A stretch of DNA of 60,561 nt, counting the filler. It is 7 parts of 7 records of this genome, joined end to end, with 100 filler letters (N's around TTAATTAATTAA, not from the genome) between each part and the next. Parts side by side here need not be neighbours in the genome. Positions count along the whole stretch, not along the records: positions 24,029 to 29,712 come from SRR31156797_32335; positions 29,813 to 37,090 come from SRR31156797_32361; positions 37,191 to 42,281 come from SRR31156797_32366; 4 more parts are not named here. One strand, given 5' to 3'. Below the pieces are notes generated by a model that saw only the letters and a program-made list of their open reading frames with translations, ran no database searches and was not told where the DNA came from. The position numbers and the translations under genes are program-made. Positions 27,620-37,691 of this stretch are shown one piece after another (position 1 is the stretch's first letter; each line of letters starts with the position of its first letter).

Positions 27620-29712
27620 ATGATCCTCCCATTTTTAAAACGAATGATTCCCGTATCAGCGCTGTTCGTGCTGGCCATGGGGATCGAAGCCTCACCCCTG
27701 GAAATACGTCGCTTCGGAATCTTCATAGGGGCCAACGACGGAGGATCCGAACGGCAGAGGCTTCTCTACGCCGGGGACGACGCCCGAAAAATGGCCGAGA
27801 CCATGCACGACATAGGGGGCATTGCCGAGAGGGACGGCATCCTCCTCCTCGATCCCAGCGCCCGGGAGATCCGAGAGGAGCTGCAACGCCTCATTCGTCA
27901 GGTCAGAGGCGCCGAGAGCCGGGTAAGGCGAACAGAGCTGATGTTTTACTATTCGGGCCACTCCGACGATAAGGGGCTACTGGTCCAGGAAGACAGAATT
28001 TCCTACAGAGAAATCCGCGGGGAACTGGAGAAATCAGGAGCCAATGTGAAGGTCGCTATTCTGGACTCCTGCTCATCCGGCGCCATTACGCGTATGAAGG
28101 GGGGACGGAGGCGCTCTCCTTTTCTCTTCGACGAATCCTCCTCTATGGAAGGGCATGCCTTCCTTACCTCCAGCTCTGAGGACGAACTCTCACAGGAGTC
28201 TGATCAGATCGAAGCCTCCTTCTTCACCCACTACCTTATATCGGGACTGAGGGGAGCGGCAGACAGCACGGGGGACGGACGGGTCACACTGAACGAGATA
28301 TATGAACACACCTTCGACGAAACCCTCTCCCGCACCGAATCCACTATCGGAGGCCCCCAGCACCCGGCCTACGAGATCCAGCTCAGCGGCACGGGAGATC
28401 TGGTGCTGACTGACCTGACAGAGCCCAGCGCAGCGCTTCAACTCTCTGGAGAACTGGAGGGCCGCTTCGTCATACGAACGCCCCAGGGCCGTCTTATTGC
28501 CGAGTTCACCAAACTTCGCGGCGCCACCATGAAGCTGGCTCTCCCCGCAGGAGCCTACACCATACACAAAACCCCGAACGCCGAGCAGCGGGATCTGGAG
28601 ACGGACAGGCTGCAGAGCACCGCCCTGAGGCTGAACCGGAATGCCCAGATCTACCTGACGAACCGGGATTTCAGATCGGCAGAGCTGGAGCGCACCCGCT
28701 TCCGGGGAGACGACGATCCCCCCGAAGGAAACAGGGCATACGTCTTTACCCCCTATCCCGGCAAGGACCTCCCTGAGATAGGAGAAGATGATATCGTCGT
28801 ATTTCAGGGAGGCCTTATAGGCTCCCGGGCCCCCCGGATAGGAGGAGCCCAGCTCTCCTTGCTTTACAACGAGACAGAGATGACCAGCTGGGGTGCCCAG
28901 GCCTCAATAATCTTTAACAAGGCGTCTTCGGACTTCTCAGGCATCCAGCTCTCTTATATCTTTAATCTGGCCCAATCCGAATTCAAAGGCTTCCAGTACA
29001 GCGGAATCTTTAACAGGACTTCATCGGATTTTTCAGGCATCCAGCTCTCCTCTGTCTTTAACCTGGCCCATTCCGAATTCAAAGGCCTCCAGTACAGCGG
29101 AGTCTTCAACAGGGCGGGACAGCCTTCGACAGGGATTCAGATCGCCGGACTCTTCAATACGGCTGCCGAGATACGGGGTGTCCAGCTGGGGGGCCTGTTC
29201 AATCAGAGCTCCTATATAGAGGGGCTTCAGATCGCACCCGTCAACATAGCCGGGACCTCCAGAGGCTTCCGAATCGGCGTGGTGAACATAGCCAGGGAGA
29301 TGTACGGCCTCCCTCTGGGACTGGTCAACATATCACGGAACGGCATTATGGACGGCGGGATGTGGTATGAGTTCGCAGGAGGATCAAACCGCCTCTTTCT
29401 GAGTTTCCAGTCGGGAACCGACAGGATCTATACCCTTCTCTATTGGGGCAACGGCAGCAATAACTTTTTCCATGACCTGGACGAAGCGACCTGGGGTGTC
29501 CACCTGGGAATACGCATCCCCCTCGGCCCTCTGGAATTCGATATGGATACAGGCGTCAAGCAGTGCTATGGAGACAAGAGAGAGGGAGACTTCGCCATGA
29601 TCCATTCGGCACGGGCCGTGGTGGCTCTCAAATGGGTGGGATTCTATACGGGTATATCCATGGACTTCCGCTACCCCGGCCAGGAGGACTCGGAACTCTT
29701 CAGCGGATCATC
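27620..29712 (+). CDS. Exported caspase-like (C14) peptidase with LA_2272-like surface repeats, 3'-truncated
   Basis: Signal peptide, YYSGHS and ILDSCSSG His-Cys dyad, SFFTHYLISGLRGAAD, then GxQxxxxFN repeats and beta-strand-rich C-terminus. Confidence 0.85.
28911..29102 (+). repeat. 96-bp in-frame tandem duplication (2 copies) within the caspase gene
   Basis: Units start at 28911 and 29007 and encode FNKASSDFSGIQLSYIFNLAQSEFKGFQYSGI and FNRTSSDFSGIQLSSVFNLAHSEFKGLQYSGV. Confidence 0.9.
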
Positions 29713-29812
29713 NNNNNNNNNNNNNNNNNNNNNNNNNNNNNNNNNNNNNNNNNNNNTTAATTAATTAANNNNNNNNNNNNNNNNNNNNNNNNNNNNNNNN
29801 NNNNNNNNNNNN
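29713..29812. other. Artificial contig spacer
   Basis: N-run with TTAATTAATTAA. Confidence 0.98.
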
Positions 29813-30091
29813 GTTGAAAAGCAGGGCGGCCCAGAAAGCAGCCAGCAGGAGAGTGCAAAGCGAAGCAGCGCCAGGCATGAATCGGCCGGTGATCAATAAA
29901 ATGCCGATAATCAGCTCCAGCCAGGGAAGAATAATAGCAGTTATATTGATCAGGCTTCCGGGCAGGATCTGATAGTTGTGTATAATTTCCGCAAAGGCTT
30001 GTGGATGGGAGATTTTGTCCAGAGCGGCATAGACGAAAATACTACCCAATGACATCATCAAAACACGCTCGATTATCCCGCGCTGTTTCAT
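29813..30091 (-). CDS. MauE/DoxX family membrane protein, 3'-truncated
   Basis: GSIFVYAALDKI.HPQAFAEIIHNYQILP...LPWLE motif. Confidence 0.8.
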
Positions 30092-30588
30092 GAGCCGCTC
30101 CCTTCAACAGGCAACTCAGCTTCCGACCAAAGTGTCCATCCATTTACCAGAACACGGACGTCAGAGAAACCTTTCTCCAGGAGAGCCAAGGCTAAATCAT
30201 GGCTCAGTTCACACATATTACCGTCGCAGTATGTAATAATCGGCGTTTTTTTGACGACGCTATTAAGCCATTGCTCATATAGAACTTCAAATTGTTCCGC
30301 AGGGATATTTCGCGAGCCCTTGATGTGACCCATTTCATACCAGACGTCAGGCCTAGCATCTAGGAATAGGGCTTTTCCCGATTCATGGAGAGCCTTGGCC
30401 TCCTCCAGGGATATGGTCAGACTCTTGCCTTCGGGTGAGGACATACGGGCTTCAGCCGACCAGTCCCCGACCAGTCCCAGATTATTGGTTCTGAATTGAT
30501 TGAATGCCATACCGATGAGCACGGATATCAGTGTAATTAACACTGCCTGGCGCAAGGCCGTCTTGAAAAATTCGTTTTCAATCTTCAA
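30088..30588 (-). CDS. Membrane-anchored rhodanese domain protein
   Basis: FLDARP...GHIKGS, YCDGNMC and LVNGWTLW motifs; N-terminal TM. Confidence 0.85.
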   Translation of the reverse strand: MKIENEFFKTALRQAVLITLISVLIGMAFNQFRTNNLGLVGDWSAEARMSSPEGKSLTISLEEAKALHESGKALFLDARPDVWYEMGHIKGSRNIPAEQFEVLYEQWLNSVVKKTPIITYCDGNMCELSHDLALALLEKGFSDVRVLVNGWTLWSEAELPVEGSGS

Positions 30589-30694
30589 TTTGACTTCAAC
30601 CTCTTTTTGGGGCAGGTGGTTATTCGGACCTGATGATAATAGAATCCCTTCAGGCCGCGCTTTGACTATGCCGTAGGTTTGAAAGTAGTTGAAA

Positions 30695-31130
30695 TCAGAT
30701 AAGCAGGCTTGATTTAATGATAAAAACTTCTATGAAAGAAATGTTGGGAGGATGTTGCGGCTCTAATATCGGGGTCGGCTGATTGATTATTGTTTTTGGA
30801 TCGTCCTTTGACAACGCCGTCTGCATTTCAAATCTTGTGAAATTGTAAGTAATCAGGCAACCGCTTTTCCCGGTGTGGTAAGGCAGGCATCGACAATCCC
30901 GACCCGGATCCCTTAATGGATCCGGGGGTGGATTATATACATAGAGTATTTGAAGGCATTCTCCAGGGGCGTCAGGCGCCCGATTCATCGGCGTCTTCGC
31001 GCATGATGAACAATCCCCTCCACAGGCTGAGGCCGTCGATGGTCCTGCTGCCATTAACGCCAACACCGCACTCAATGTTAGGGCTATCAGGAGAATGACT
31101 CGAAACAAACCGATTAACCTTTCAACGATA
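30695..31130 (-). CDS. Cys-rich exported hypothetical protein (start uncertain)
   Basis: Hydrophobic signal-like stretch, ACGGDCSSC, further Cys, and Pro-rich C-terminus ending FIIKSSLLI. The listed ORF start overlaps acr3 and is unlikely. Confidence 0.5.
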
Positions 31131-31176
31131 TTAAAAACAATATTGCTCCTATTGGAAATAGCTGTCAATACTGTTC

Positions 31177-32271
31177 TCAGCTTGAAGGTTTGCAGGTCAT
31201 GTGGCAGACGCCCAAAGGAGTGTCCACGGCATAAGGAAAATATTTTCTTTTGAACCAAAGGGCGACATTAACCAGACCGATGAGAACCGGCACTTCGACC
31301 AGCGGCCCGATAACCGCGGCAAAAGCCTGGCCCGAATCAATGCCGAAAACCGCTACGGCCACGGCTATAGCCAGCTCAAAATTGTTCGAAGCAGCCGTAA
31401 AGCTCAGAGTGGTTGATTGTTCGTAAGTAGCCCCGACTTTCATGGATAGAATAAAAGATACAAAAAACATGGCCAGAAAGTATATGCACAGGGGTATGGC
31501 CACGCGAACAACATCCAGCGGGAGCTGAACTATGAATTCGCCCTTTAACGAAAACATGACCAGGATCGTGAACAACAATGCGATCAACGTGATCGGGCTG
31601 ATTTTGGGGATGAACCTGTTTTCATACCATTCCTCCCCCTTGATCTTAAGCCCTATGATCCTGGTTACAATGCCGCCGATAAAAGGTATTCCCAGGTAAA
31701 TAAAGACGCTTTCCGCTATCTGCCCGATGGATATATCCACCTGGATTCCCTTGAGGCCGAGCCATTCCGGAAGCACTGTAATAAAGATGTAAGCGTACAC
31801 CGAAAAGAAAAGAACCTGAAAAATAGAGTTAAAAGCAACCAGTCCCGCGCAATATTCCCTGTCGCCGGATGCCAGATCGTTCCAGACAATTACCATGGCA
31901 ATGCATCGGGCCAGCCCGATAAGAATAAGCCCGACCATGTACTCGTGATGGCCGGACAGAAAAGCAATGGCCAGCAGGAACATAAGTATCGGACCAATCA
32001 CCCAGTTTTGAATTAGAGACAGCACCAGGACTTTATAGTTTCTGAAAACGTGACCCAGTTTTTCATATTTGACCTTGGCCAGGGGCGGGTACATCATCAG
32101 GATCAGGCCGACAGCAATCGGAATGTTTGTGGTTCCTACCTGGAAAAAGTTAATGACCTCTCTGATTCCGGGAAATAAATAACCCCACATGACCCCGATA
32201 AACATGGCCAGAAAAATCCACAATGTCAGAAACCGATCCAAAAACGATAGTCTTTTTACAGAGGACTCCAT
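31177..32271 (-). CDS. acr3: Acr3 arsenite efflux transporter
   Basis: [39 protein letters not shown] and GPLVEVP motifs; start taken at MESSVK. Confidence 0.95.
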   Translation of the reverse strand: MESSVKRLSFLDRFLTLWIFLAMFIGVMWGYLFPGIREVINFFQVGTTNIPIAVGLILMMYPPLAKVKYEKLGHVFRNYKVLVLSLIQNWVIGPILMFLLAIAFLSGHHEYMVGLILIGLARCIAMVIVWNDLASGDREYCAGLVAFNSIFQVLFFSVYAYIFITVLPEWLGLKGIQVDISIGQIAESVFIYLGIPFIGGIVTRIIGLKIKGEEWYENRFIPKISPITLIALLFTILVMFSLKGEFIVQLPLDVVRVAIPLCIYFLAMFFVSFILSMKVGATYEQSTTLSFTAASNNFELAIAVAVAVFGIDSGQAFAAVIGPLVEVPVLIGLVNVALWFKRKYFPYAVDTPLGVCHMTCKPSS

Positions 32272-32386
32272 ATCCTCTCTCCTTTGAAATACTAAGTTTG
32301 AATGTTTCAACTTCGGCCGAACCCATCACTTGGAACCCGGCTAGTAAATTTGTGGAATGCATCTTTTTAAATCGGCGTGCCGACGC

Positions 32387-32911
32387 CTAATCGTTAAACT
32401 GAAATCCCGACAAATACTGCCGGAGTTTTTCTTTTTTTTCATCACCCAATTGAGGGCAGTCCTCCGCACCCTTAATACCATCCACGGCCCGGGCGGAAAA
32501 AACCATGCAGGTCGGAAGGCCGCATTCCCTACAGTTGGTTCCGGGCAGCAAACGCAAAATTTCTATGAGCTTCGGCCGGGGTGCGCTCCCGTAACTTGGC
32601 TCAATGGATTCGCGATTATCCCAGGCTTCGTTGATCTCACGTTTAAGCCATTCCAATATCTTATCCGTTTCCTCTTCATCCTTAAGTGCGTTTACCGCGA
32701 TGCGATCGTGATGAACCGTGATCAAACGGCCATGAACCTTGAATGTTACGGACGGAGGGTCATTGATGTAAGTAAACCCGCCAAGGGTTGAGTTGAGGTA
32801 AGGCAGAGCCTCGCCCACGTTTTCATGCAACCAGGCAATGCAATGCAGGGATTCAAAACTTGGATTGCATTCTGCACGGAAAATCTCTTTTCTGTAGCCC
32901 TTTAAAAGCAT
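32387..32911 (-). CDS. Fe-S binding protein (RnfB/AcsC-type 4Fe-4S C-terminal domain)
   Basis: LPGTNCRECGLPTCMVF...DCPQL. Confidence 0.8.
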   Translation of the reverse strand: MLLKGYRKEIFRAECNPSFESLHCIAWLHENVGEALPYLNSTLGGFTYINDPPSVTFKVHGRLITVHHDRIAVNALKDEEETDKILEWLKREINEAWDNRESIEPSYGSAPRPKLIEILRLLPGTNCRECGLPTCMVFSARAVDGIKGAEDCPQLGDEKKEKLRQYLSGFQFND

Positions 32912-32977
32912 GATGTCTCCCCTTAATATAGATGAGCGGAGCGGCTCTTCGACAAGCCGCCCCTTGCTTACATTTCT

Positions 32978-33211
32978 CTAAGACTTAATCCAGCCGATAA
33001 CATCGGCCTTACTGGGAACCTTGCCCACCGCCTTGACCTGGCCGTCAATAATGACGGCCGGCGTACCGAAAACTCCGGATTTGGCTATTTCCATGGTGTC
33101 GGAAACTTTTATTACATCCGCGTCCACGCCGGACTCGGCAACCGCTTCCCTGACTATCTCCTCGGCTTGCTTACACCTGGCGCAACCGGGACCTAATACT
33201 TTAATTTCCAT
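32978..33211 (-). CDS. Small redox-active disulfide protein (MTH895-type thioredoxin)
   Basis: IKVLGPGCARC...GTPAVIIDG. Confidence 0.88.
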   Translation of the reverse strand: MEIKVLGPGCARCKQAEEIVREAVAESGVDADVIKVSDTMEIAKSGVFGTPAVIIDGQVKAVGKVPSKADVIGWIKS

Positions 33212-33242
33212 TATTATATCCTCCATGACCTTTTATTGCTTT

Positions 33243-34415
33243 TTAAGTGAAAAATGTTCCGTACAGCACTCCGGCTATTGTCGAAAGAACCACGATAATG
33301 CCGGAGAACACTGCTGTCTTCTTCCATCCCATAACGCCCCCGATGACCAGCATATTGGGAAGCGAAAGGGCCGGGCCGGCCAACAAAAGCGCCAGGGCGG
33401 GCCCCTTACCCATTCCCGCGCCCAAAAGCCCTTGAAGAATGGGCACTTCTGTGAGTGTGGCGAAATACATCAGGGCGCCGGAAATCGAGGCGAACAGGTT
33501 GGCCCAAAGGGAGTTGCCTCCGACCAGGTTCTGCACCCAGGATTCCGGAATCAAGGCCGGATGACCGGGTCGTCCCAGCAGGAAGCCCGCCACCAAAACG
33601 CCGCCCCACAGTAAAGGGAAAATTTGTTTCATAAACCACCAGGTGGAATCCACCCAGGTTTTCAGCTCCTGCTTCTTAAACCAGGACTTGAGAATCAAAC
33701 CCAGCACGACCAGCAAGCCGCCCGTGATGTACCATTTTGCTGAAAAAATAGCCGGCCAGAGCCCCGTGGATCCGGGAGCAGGTTTGGCGAACGCCGCGAA
33801 AATAAGGATCAGAACCATGACCAGCAGGTATAATCCATCCTGCCAAAGCGCCCTGCCGCCTTCCTCTTCATCCGGTAAATATATTTCTCCGGCCGCTCTT
33901 TCAGCGTCGTCCTTCCTGAATATCACGGCCATGAGCAGGCCGGTGACGATAGCGAAAATAATAGCTCCGATCGCTCGGGCCAAACCAAGCTCCCAGCCCA
34001 GTATTCTGGCGGTCAAAACAATCGCCAGCACGTTGATTGCCGGGCCGGAATAGAGAAAAGCCGTGGCCGGTCCAATCCCGGCCCCCCGGCTGTATATGCC
34101 GGCGAATAGCGGCAACACCGTGCAGGAGCATACGGCCAGAATGGTTCCTGAAACCGAAGCCACTCCATAAGAAATAATCTTTTTGGCCTGGGCGCCGAAA
34201 TACTTCAATACCGAAGCCTGGGACACGAACGTGGCAATGGCCCCGGCGATAAAAAAAGCAGGAATAAGACAGGTCAACACATGCTCGCGTGCATATTCCT
34301 GCAACATCATGAAGGCTTCCAGCCCGGACTGGCGTATGACCGGACTGCTCCAGGGAACGAAATAGGCGGCCAGAAAAATGCCGATCAGAATGAGTAATTT
34401 ATAAGTTTCTTTCAA
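33243..34415 (-). CDS. arsP: ArsP/DUF318 permease
   Basis: LAVCSCTVLP, FLYSGPAIN, YFATLTEVP and GPALSLP motifs. Confidence 0.85.
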   Translation of the reverse strand: MKETYKLLILIGIFLAAYFVPWSSPVIRQSGLEAFMMLQEYAREHVLTCLIPAFFIAGAIATFVSQASVLKYFGAQAKKIISYGVASVSGTILAVCSCTVLPLFAGIYSRGAGIGPATAFLYSGPAINVLAIVLTARILGWELGLARAIGAIIFAIVTGLLMAVIFRKDDAERAAGEIYLPDEEEGGRALWQDGLYLLVMVLILIFAAFAKPAPGSTGLWPAIFSAKWYITGGLLVVLGLILKSWFKKQELKTWVDSTWWFMKQIFPLLWGGVLVAGFLLGRPGHPALIPESWVQNLVGGNSLWANLFASISGALMYFATLTEVPILQGLLGAGMGKGPALALLLAGPALSLPNMLVIGGVMGWKKTAVFSGIIVVLSTIAGVLYGTFFT

Positions 34416-34434
34416 TTTTATTTCCTCATTGGCC

Positions 34435-34456
34435 TATTTGGCAAATTCGCCAAATA
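34435..34456. promoter_or_regulatory. Putative ArsR operator, copy 2
   Basis: TATTTGGC-aaattc-GCCAAATA, upstream of the permease. Confidence 0.7.
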
Positions 34457-34476
34457 AAGCCCAAAAAAAAACTACC

Positions 34477-34797
34477 TCAACCCAGCATTCTGAGCTGTGT
34501 GGTAACGTTGTCGCGCATGACTGTTTCAACGCAGTCAAAGAAGTTCAAGACGCAAGGCGCGGTGAGGCGGTAATATACTTGCAAGCCTCTTTTGTCGGTG
34601 TCGACGATGCCGGCGTTTTTAAGCAATGACAAGTGTTTTGAAACCGTTGAAGTGTCTGCCCCGATCATGTCGGTTAATTCGCAGACGCACCGTTCGCCCT
34701 TGGATAGTTCATCGAGGATAAAGAGCCGTGTCGGATGCGCCATTGCTTTCATGATTTTGGCGCGTGCTTCGAATTTGGCTTTAGTTTGGATATCCAT
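34477..34797 (-). CDS. arsR: ArsR/SmtB transcriptional repressor
   Basis: KAMAHPTRL, ERCVCEL and STVSKHLSLLKNAG motifs. Confidence 0.92.
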   Translation of the reverse strand: MDIQTKAKFEARAKIMKAMAHPTRLFILDELSKGERCVCELTDMIGADTSTVSKHLSLLKNAGIVDTDKRGLQVYYRLTAPCVLNFFDCVETVMRDNVTTQLRMLG

Positions 34798-34823
34798 AAT
34801 CATCCTTATCTCTCAATCTTTCT

Positions 34824-34859
34824 TATTTGGCAATATAGCCAAATAGTCGAAAATGTCAA
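34824..34859 (-). promoter_or_regulatory. arsR promoter with overlapping operator, copy 1
   Basis: Minus-strand TTGACA (34859-34854)-N16-TATATT; TATTTGGC-aatata-GCCAAATA at 34824-34845 straddles the -10 box. Confidence 0.75.
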
Positions 34860-34994
34860 GCGCGTTTTATAATCATTAAATGTTTTTTATGACCGTAATA
34901 TTGATTAGAGGAATATTGTCATAAAAAAGAACATGTTAATAGATAGAGTCAGGCCTTCCCCTAAAAAGCCGGGCCCCCGGACTTTCCAAACCCA

Positions 34995-37090
34995 CTAATC
35001 TGCTTCCTCTTCTTGCCCAGCCATGACCTCCGATTTGTCGCCGCCCACAATAGACCGGATATGAATATCTCTCTGGGGAAAGGCAATTTCTATACCGCGT
35101 TCCCGAAATAGCCGGTCGATCTCGAAACGGACCGCGGTTTCAACCCTAAGCATACTCTCCACGTCGGTCCAGATTCGAAGCTTAAAAATCAGGGCGCTGT
35201 CTCCGAAATCGGTGAACAAAACATCAGGCGCCGGGTAATTCCGAACCTTGGGCGCATCCCGGGCTATTTCCAGCAGAGTATCTCTTGCCAGGTTCACATC
35301 GGAACCGTAAGCAACACCGACAATAATTTCCCGGCGCAATCTTTTATCCTTGAAACTCCAATTTTTCACCTGGCTGCTGACAAACTCGGAATTGGGAATA
35401 ATCAGTGAGGCGTTGTCGTAAGTCTGAACAACAGTAGCCCGAACCTGAATCTTTTTTACCGTGGCCCATACCCCGTTTACCTCGACTTCGTCTCCTACCT
35501 GGATAGGCCTTTCGAAAAGAAGGATTATTCCGGAAATAAAGTTGTTGAAAATATTCTGCAGACCAAAACCAAGCCCAATGCCCAGGGCGCCGAAGGCCAC
35601 GGCCAGAGTAGCCGTATCCAGGCCGAAAACATGCAAGGCCGTAATGATTCCTATGAACCAGATAACATAGACGGTAATGGTCGTTATCGAATCCTGAAGA
35701 CCGACCTCCAGCCCGCTGCGGGTAAGATATTTATTTTGAAAAATCCATCGCCAAAGCCGGACAACTGCGTGGGCGGCCGCAAGCACCAGGGCCGCATAAA
35801 TAAGTCCCAGCAGGCTGAATTTCATGGCGCCGATTTCCAGGGGCCAGCCGAGAACCTCGTAGATTCTTGCTATAACAGCCTTTTGACCTCCCCAGGCCAG
35901 GATGATGACCACTACCAACGATACCAGCCATACAATCTGTCCTATTCTTAAAATCAGCCACTGGAGAGGATATTCATCATGAAGATATTCGTCGCTTTCT
36001 ACAGCGCGTTTTTCCCGGTAATAAAAGTCCCATTCTTTAATCAAAAGAAAAAAAACAGCCCACCAGATAATGACCATTGTTGTGCGGCCCCAGGACAGGA
36101 GCCAGTGTACGGCCAGCGATCCGTAGCCGATCATTTCAAAAAGCAGGGCTGCGCCGGCAATTAAATAACATATTGCCTTGCCCGCGGGGTTCACCAGTAT
36201 CCATCCGCGACTGGGCGTCTTATCCGAAACATTAAGACCGGATATCGAATCATCATTCCAGAAACTGAAAACCCAGGTCAAAAACCAGATCTCAAATACC
36301 AGCCGGGCGATAATCAAAAAACCTTGCGCCCCGGGAAGAACAAAATCGATAAAAAGATAAAACCAGCAAAAACGGCGAACCGTCTTTATAAGCCTTAACA
36401 GAAGCGCAGCCGTTTTAAGAGGAAGTGCAATTTTCTCAGGCCGCAGAGAAATGAATAATATCGCCCACCGCGTCACCAGGGCCGTTAATAATATGAAAGT
36501 CAAAAATCGAAGAAAAGGGGTTATGGCATACAGGTCGTCTATCCGTGAATACAAATATAAGATCAGTGTGACGCCCCCGAGTACAAATGAGAGGGCAGTC
36601 ACCCGAAGCATCAGCAAGTGCCAGGGCCCGAGACGCTCGACGACGGGATTATTCTCAATTCGGGCTACGGCCCTGCGCACCCTCCTTAAAAGGAAAAAAG
36701 CTACACCGAATACAATAATCAAGGAAATTAAAACCAAACCCGCGCTTTGCCATAATTCCCTCCCCTTGGCGATCCAAAATTCGGGTTTAATAACTTCCTG
36801 GAACCGCTCATAGAGACTCATGGCCTCTTTTTCAAGCAAAGGCAGAACGCCGATAGTGATCGGGCTTTTTCGCCGCTCAAATAACCTGCGGCTTTTCCGT
36901 TGTTCCAGCGAGCTTTCAAGTTTTGTGGAAAGAGATAAAAAGGATTCATTGAGTTTCGTGATCAAGTCGAGACGGCCGGATATGGTTTGCTCCAGCTTTA
37001 CAAGCAATTTCTCTTTTTCAATGAGGATGCCGGACAACTCCCGGGCAAGATTCAGTAAAGCTAGAGCAGGTTCACTCTTAGCCTTTATTT
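34995..37090 (-). CDS. MscS/MscK-family mechanosensitive channel, 5'-truncated
   Basis: GIGLGFGLQNIFNNFISG, ERPIQVGD, IIPNS, GVAYGSD and IAFPQRD motifs. Confidence 0.92.
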
Positions 37091-37190
37091 NNNNNNNNNN
37101 NNNNNNNNNNNNNNNNNNNNNNNNNNNNNNNNNNTTAATTAATTAANNNNNNNNNNNNNNNNNNNNNNNNNNNNNNNNNNNNNNNNNNNN
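37091..37190. other. Artificial contig spacer
   Basis: N-run with TTAATTAATTAA. Confidence 0.98.
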
Positions 37191-37374
37191 TTCGTCCACT
37201 ATATGAAGGTTTTACAGTATCAACCATTTCGATCAAAAGAGGTTTTAACAAACTATCTATTTCAGACTGATTCTCAACAACATTGATATTTATTGGGCTG
37301 TTATCGCCTGTACTGATAGCTGCAATACCTGAACCCGCTACTTCTTGATTTATATCTTCAGCCATTTTCTTCAT
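37191..37374 (-). CDS. Hypothetical protein with N-terminal G/S/N/I-rich motif, 3'-truncated
   Basis: Starts at the stop of the upstream gene; open to the contig edge; N-terminus INQEVAGSGIAAISTGDNSPINI. Confidence 0.65.
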
Positions 37375-37691
37375 TTATTCTTAGTGATTTTGATAGTTGC
37401 AGAATCACCAGTACTAATAACACCAATCCCATTATCAGATACTGATTGTTGGATTTCAGGATTCTTCTCCTGCTTTGATCTTACAAAAGCTATGATAAAA
37501 GCTAATAGACTAATAAATGTTAAGCTGAGAAATAACAACATTAATATAAATGTTTGGTCACCACTCAATTTACTAAAGATTGCAAGTCCAAGCCATTCCT
37601 TATAGAGACCAAAAAAAATGAATGCTCCAATAGCACTCACACCACCAACTGCAAGTGCAGCTTTCCAAAATTTGTCCATATGATTCTCCAA
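37371..37691 (-). CDS. Two-TM small membrane protein with C-terminal G/S/N/I-rich motif
   Basis: Two hydrophobic helices, then IQQSVSDNGIGVISTGDSATIKI at the C-terminus; ATG start probably 37679 (MDKFW). Confidence 0.75.
   Translation of the reverse strand: MENHMDKFWKAALAVGGVSAIGAFIFFGLYKEWLGLAIFSKLSGDQTFILMLLFLSLTFISLLAFIIAFVRSKQEKNPEIQQSVSDNGIGVISTGDSATIKITKNK

Noticed and set aside
28860-29340. Periodic DNA that could be mistaken for a CRISPR array
   Set aside because: It is an in-frame protein repeat with no unique spacers and no cas genes.
32387-34797. Possible hgcAB mercury-methylation locus (ArsR plus Fe-S protein in a deltaproteobacterial ars cluster)
   Set aside because: No HgcA cap-helix motif N(V/I)WCA(A/G)GK and no HgcB-type ferredoxin are present.
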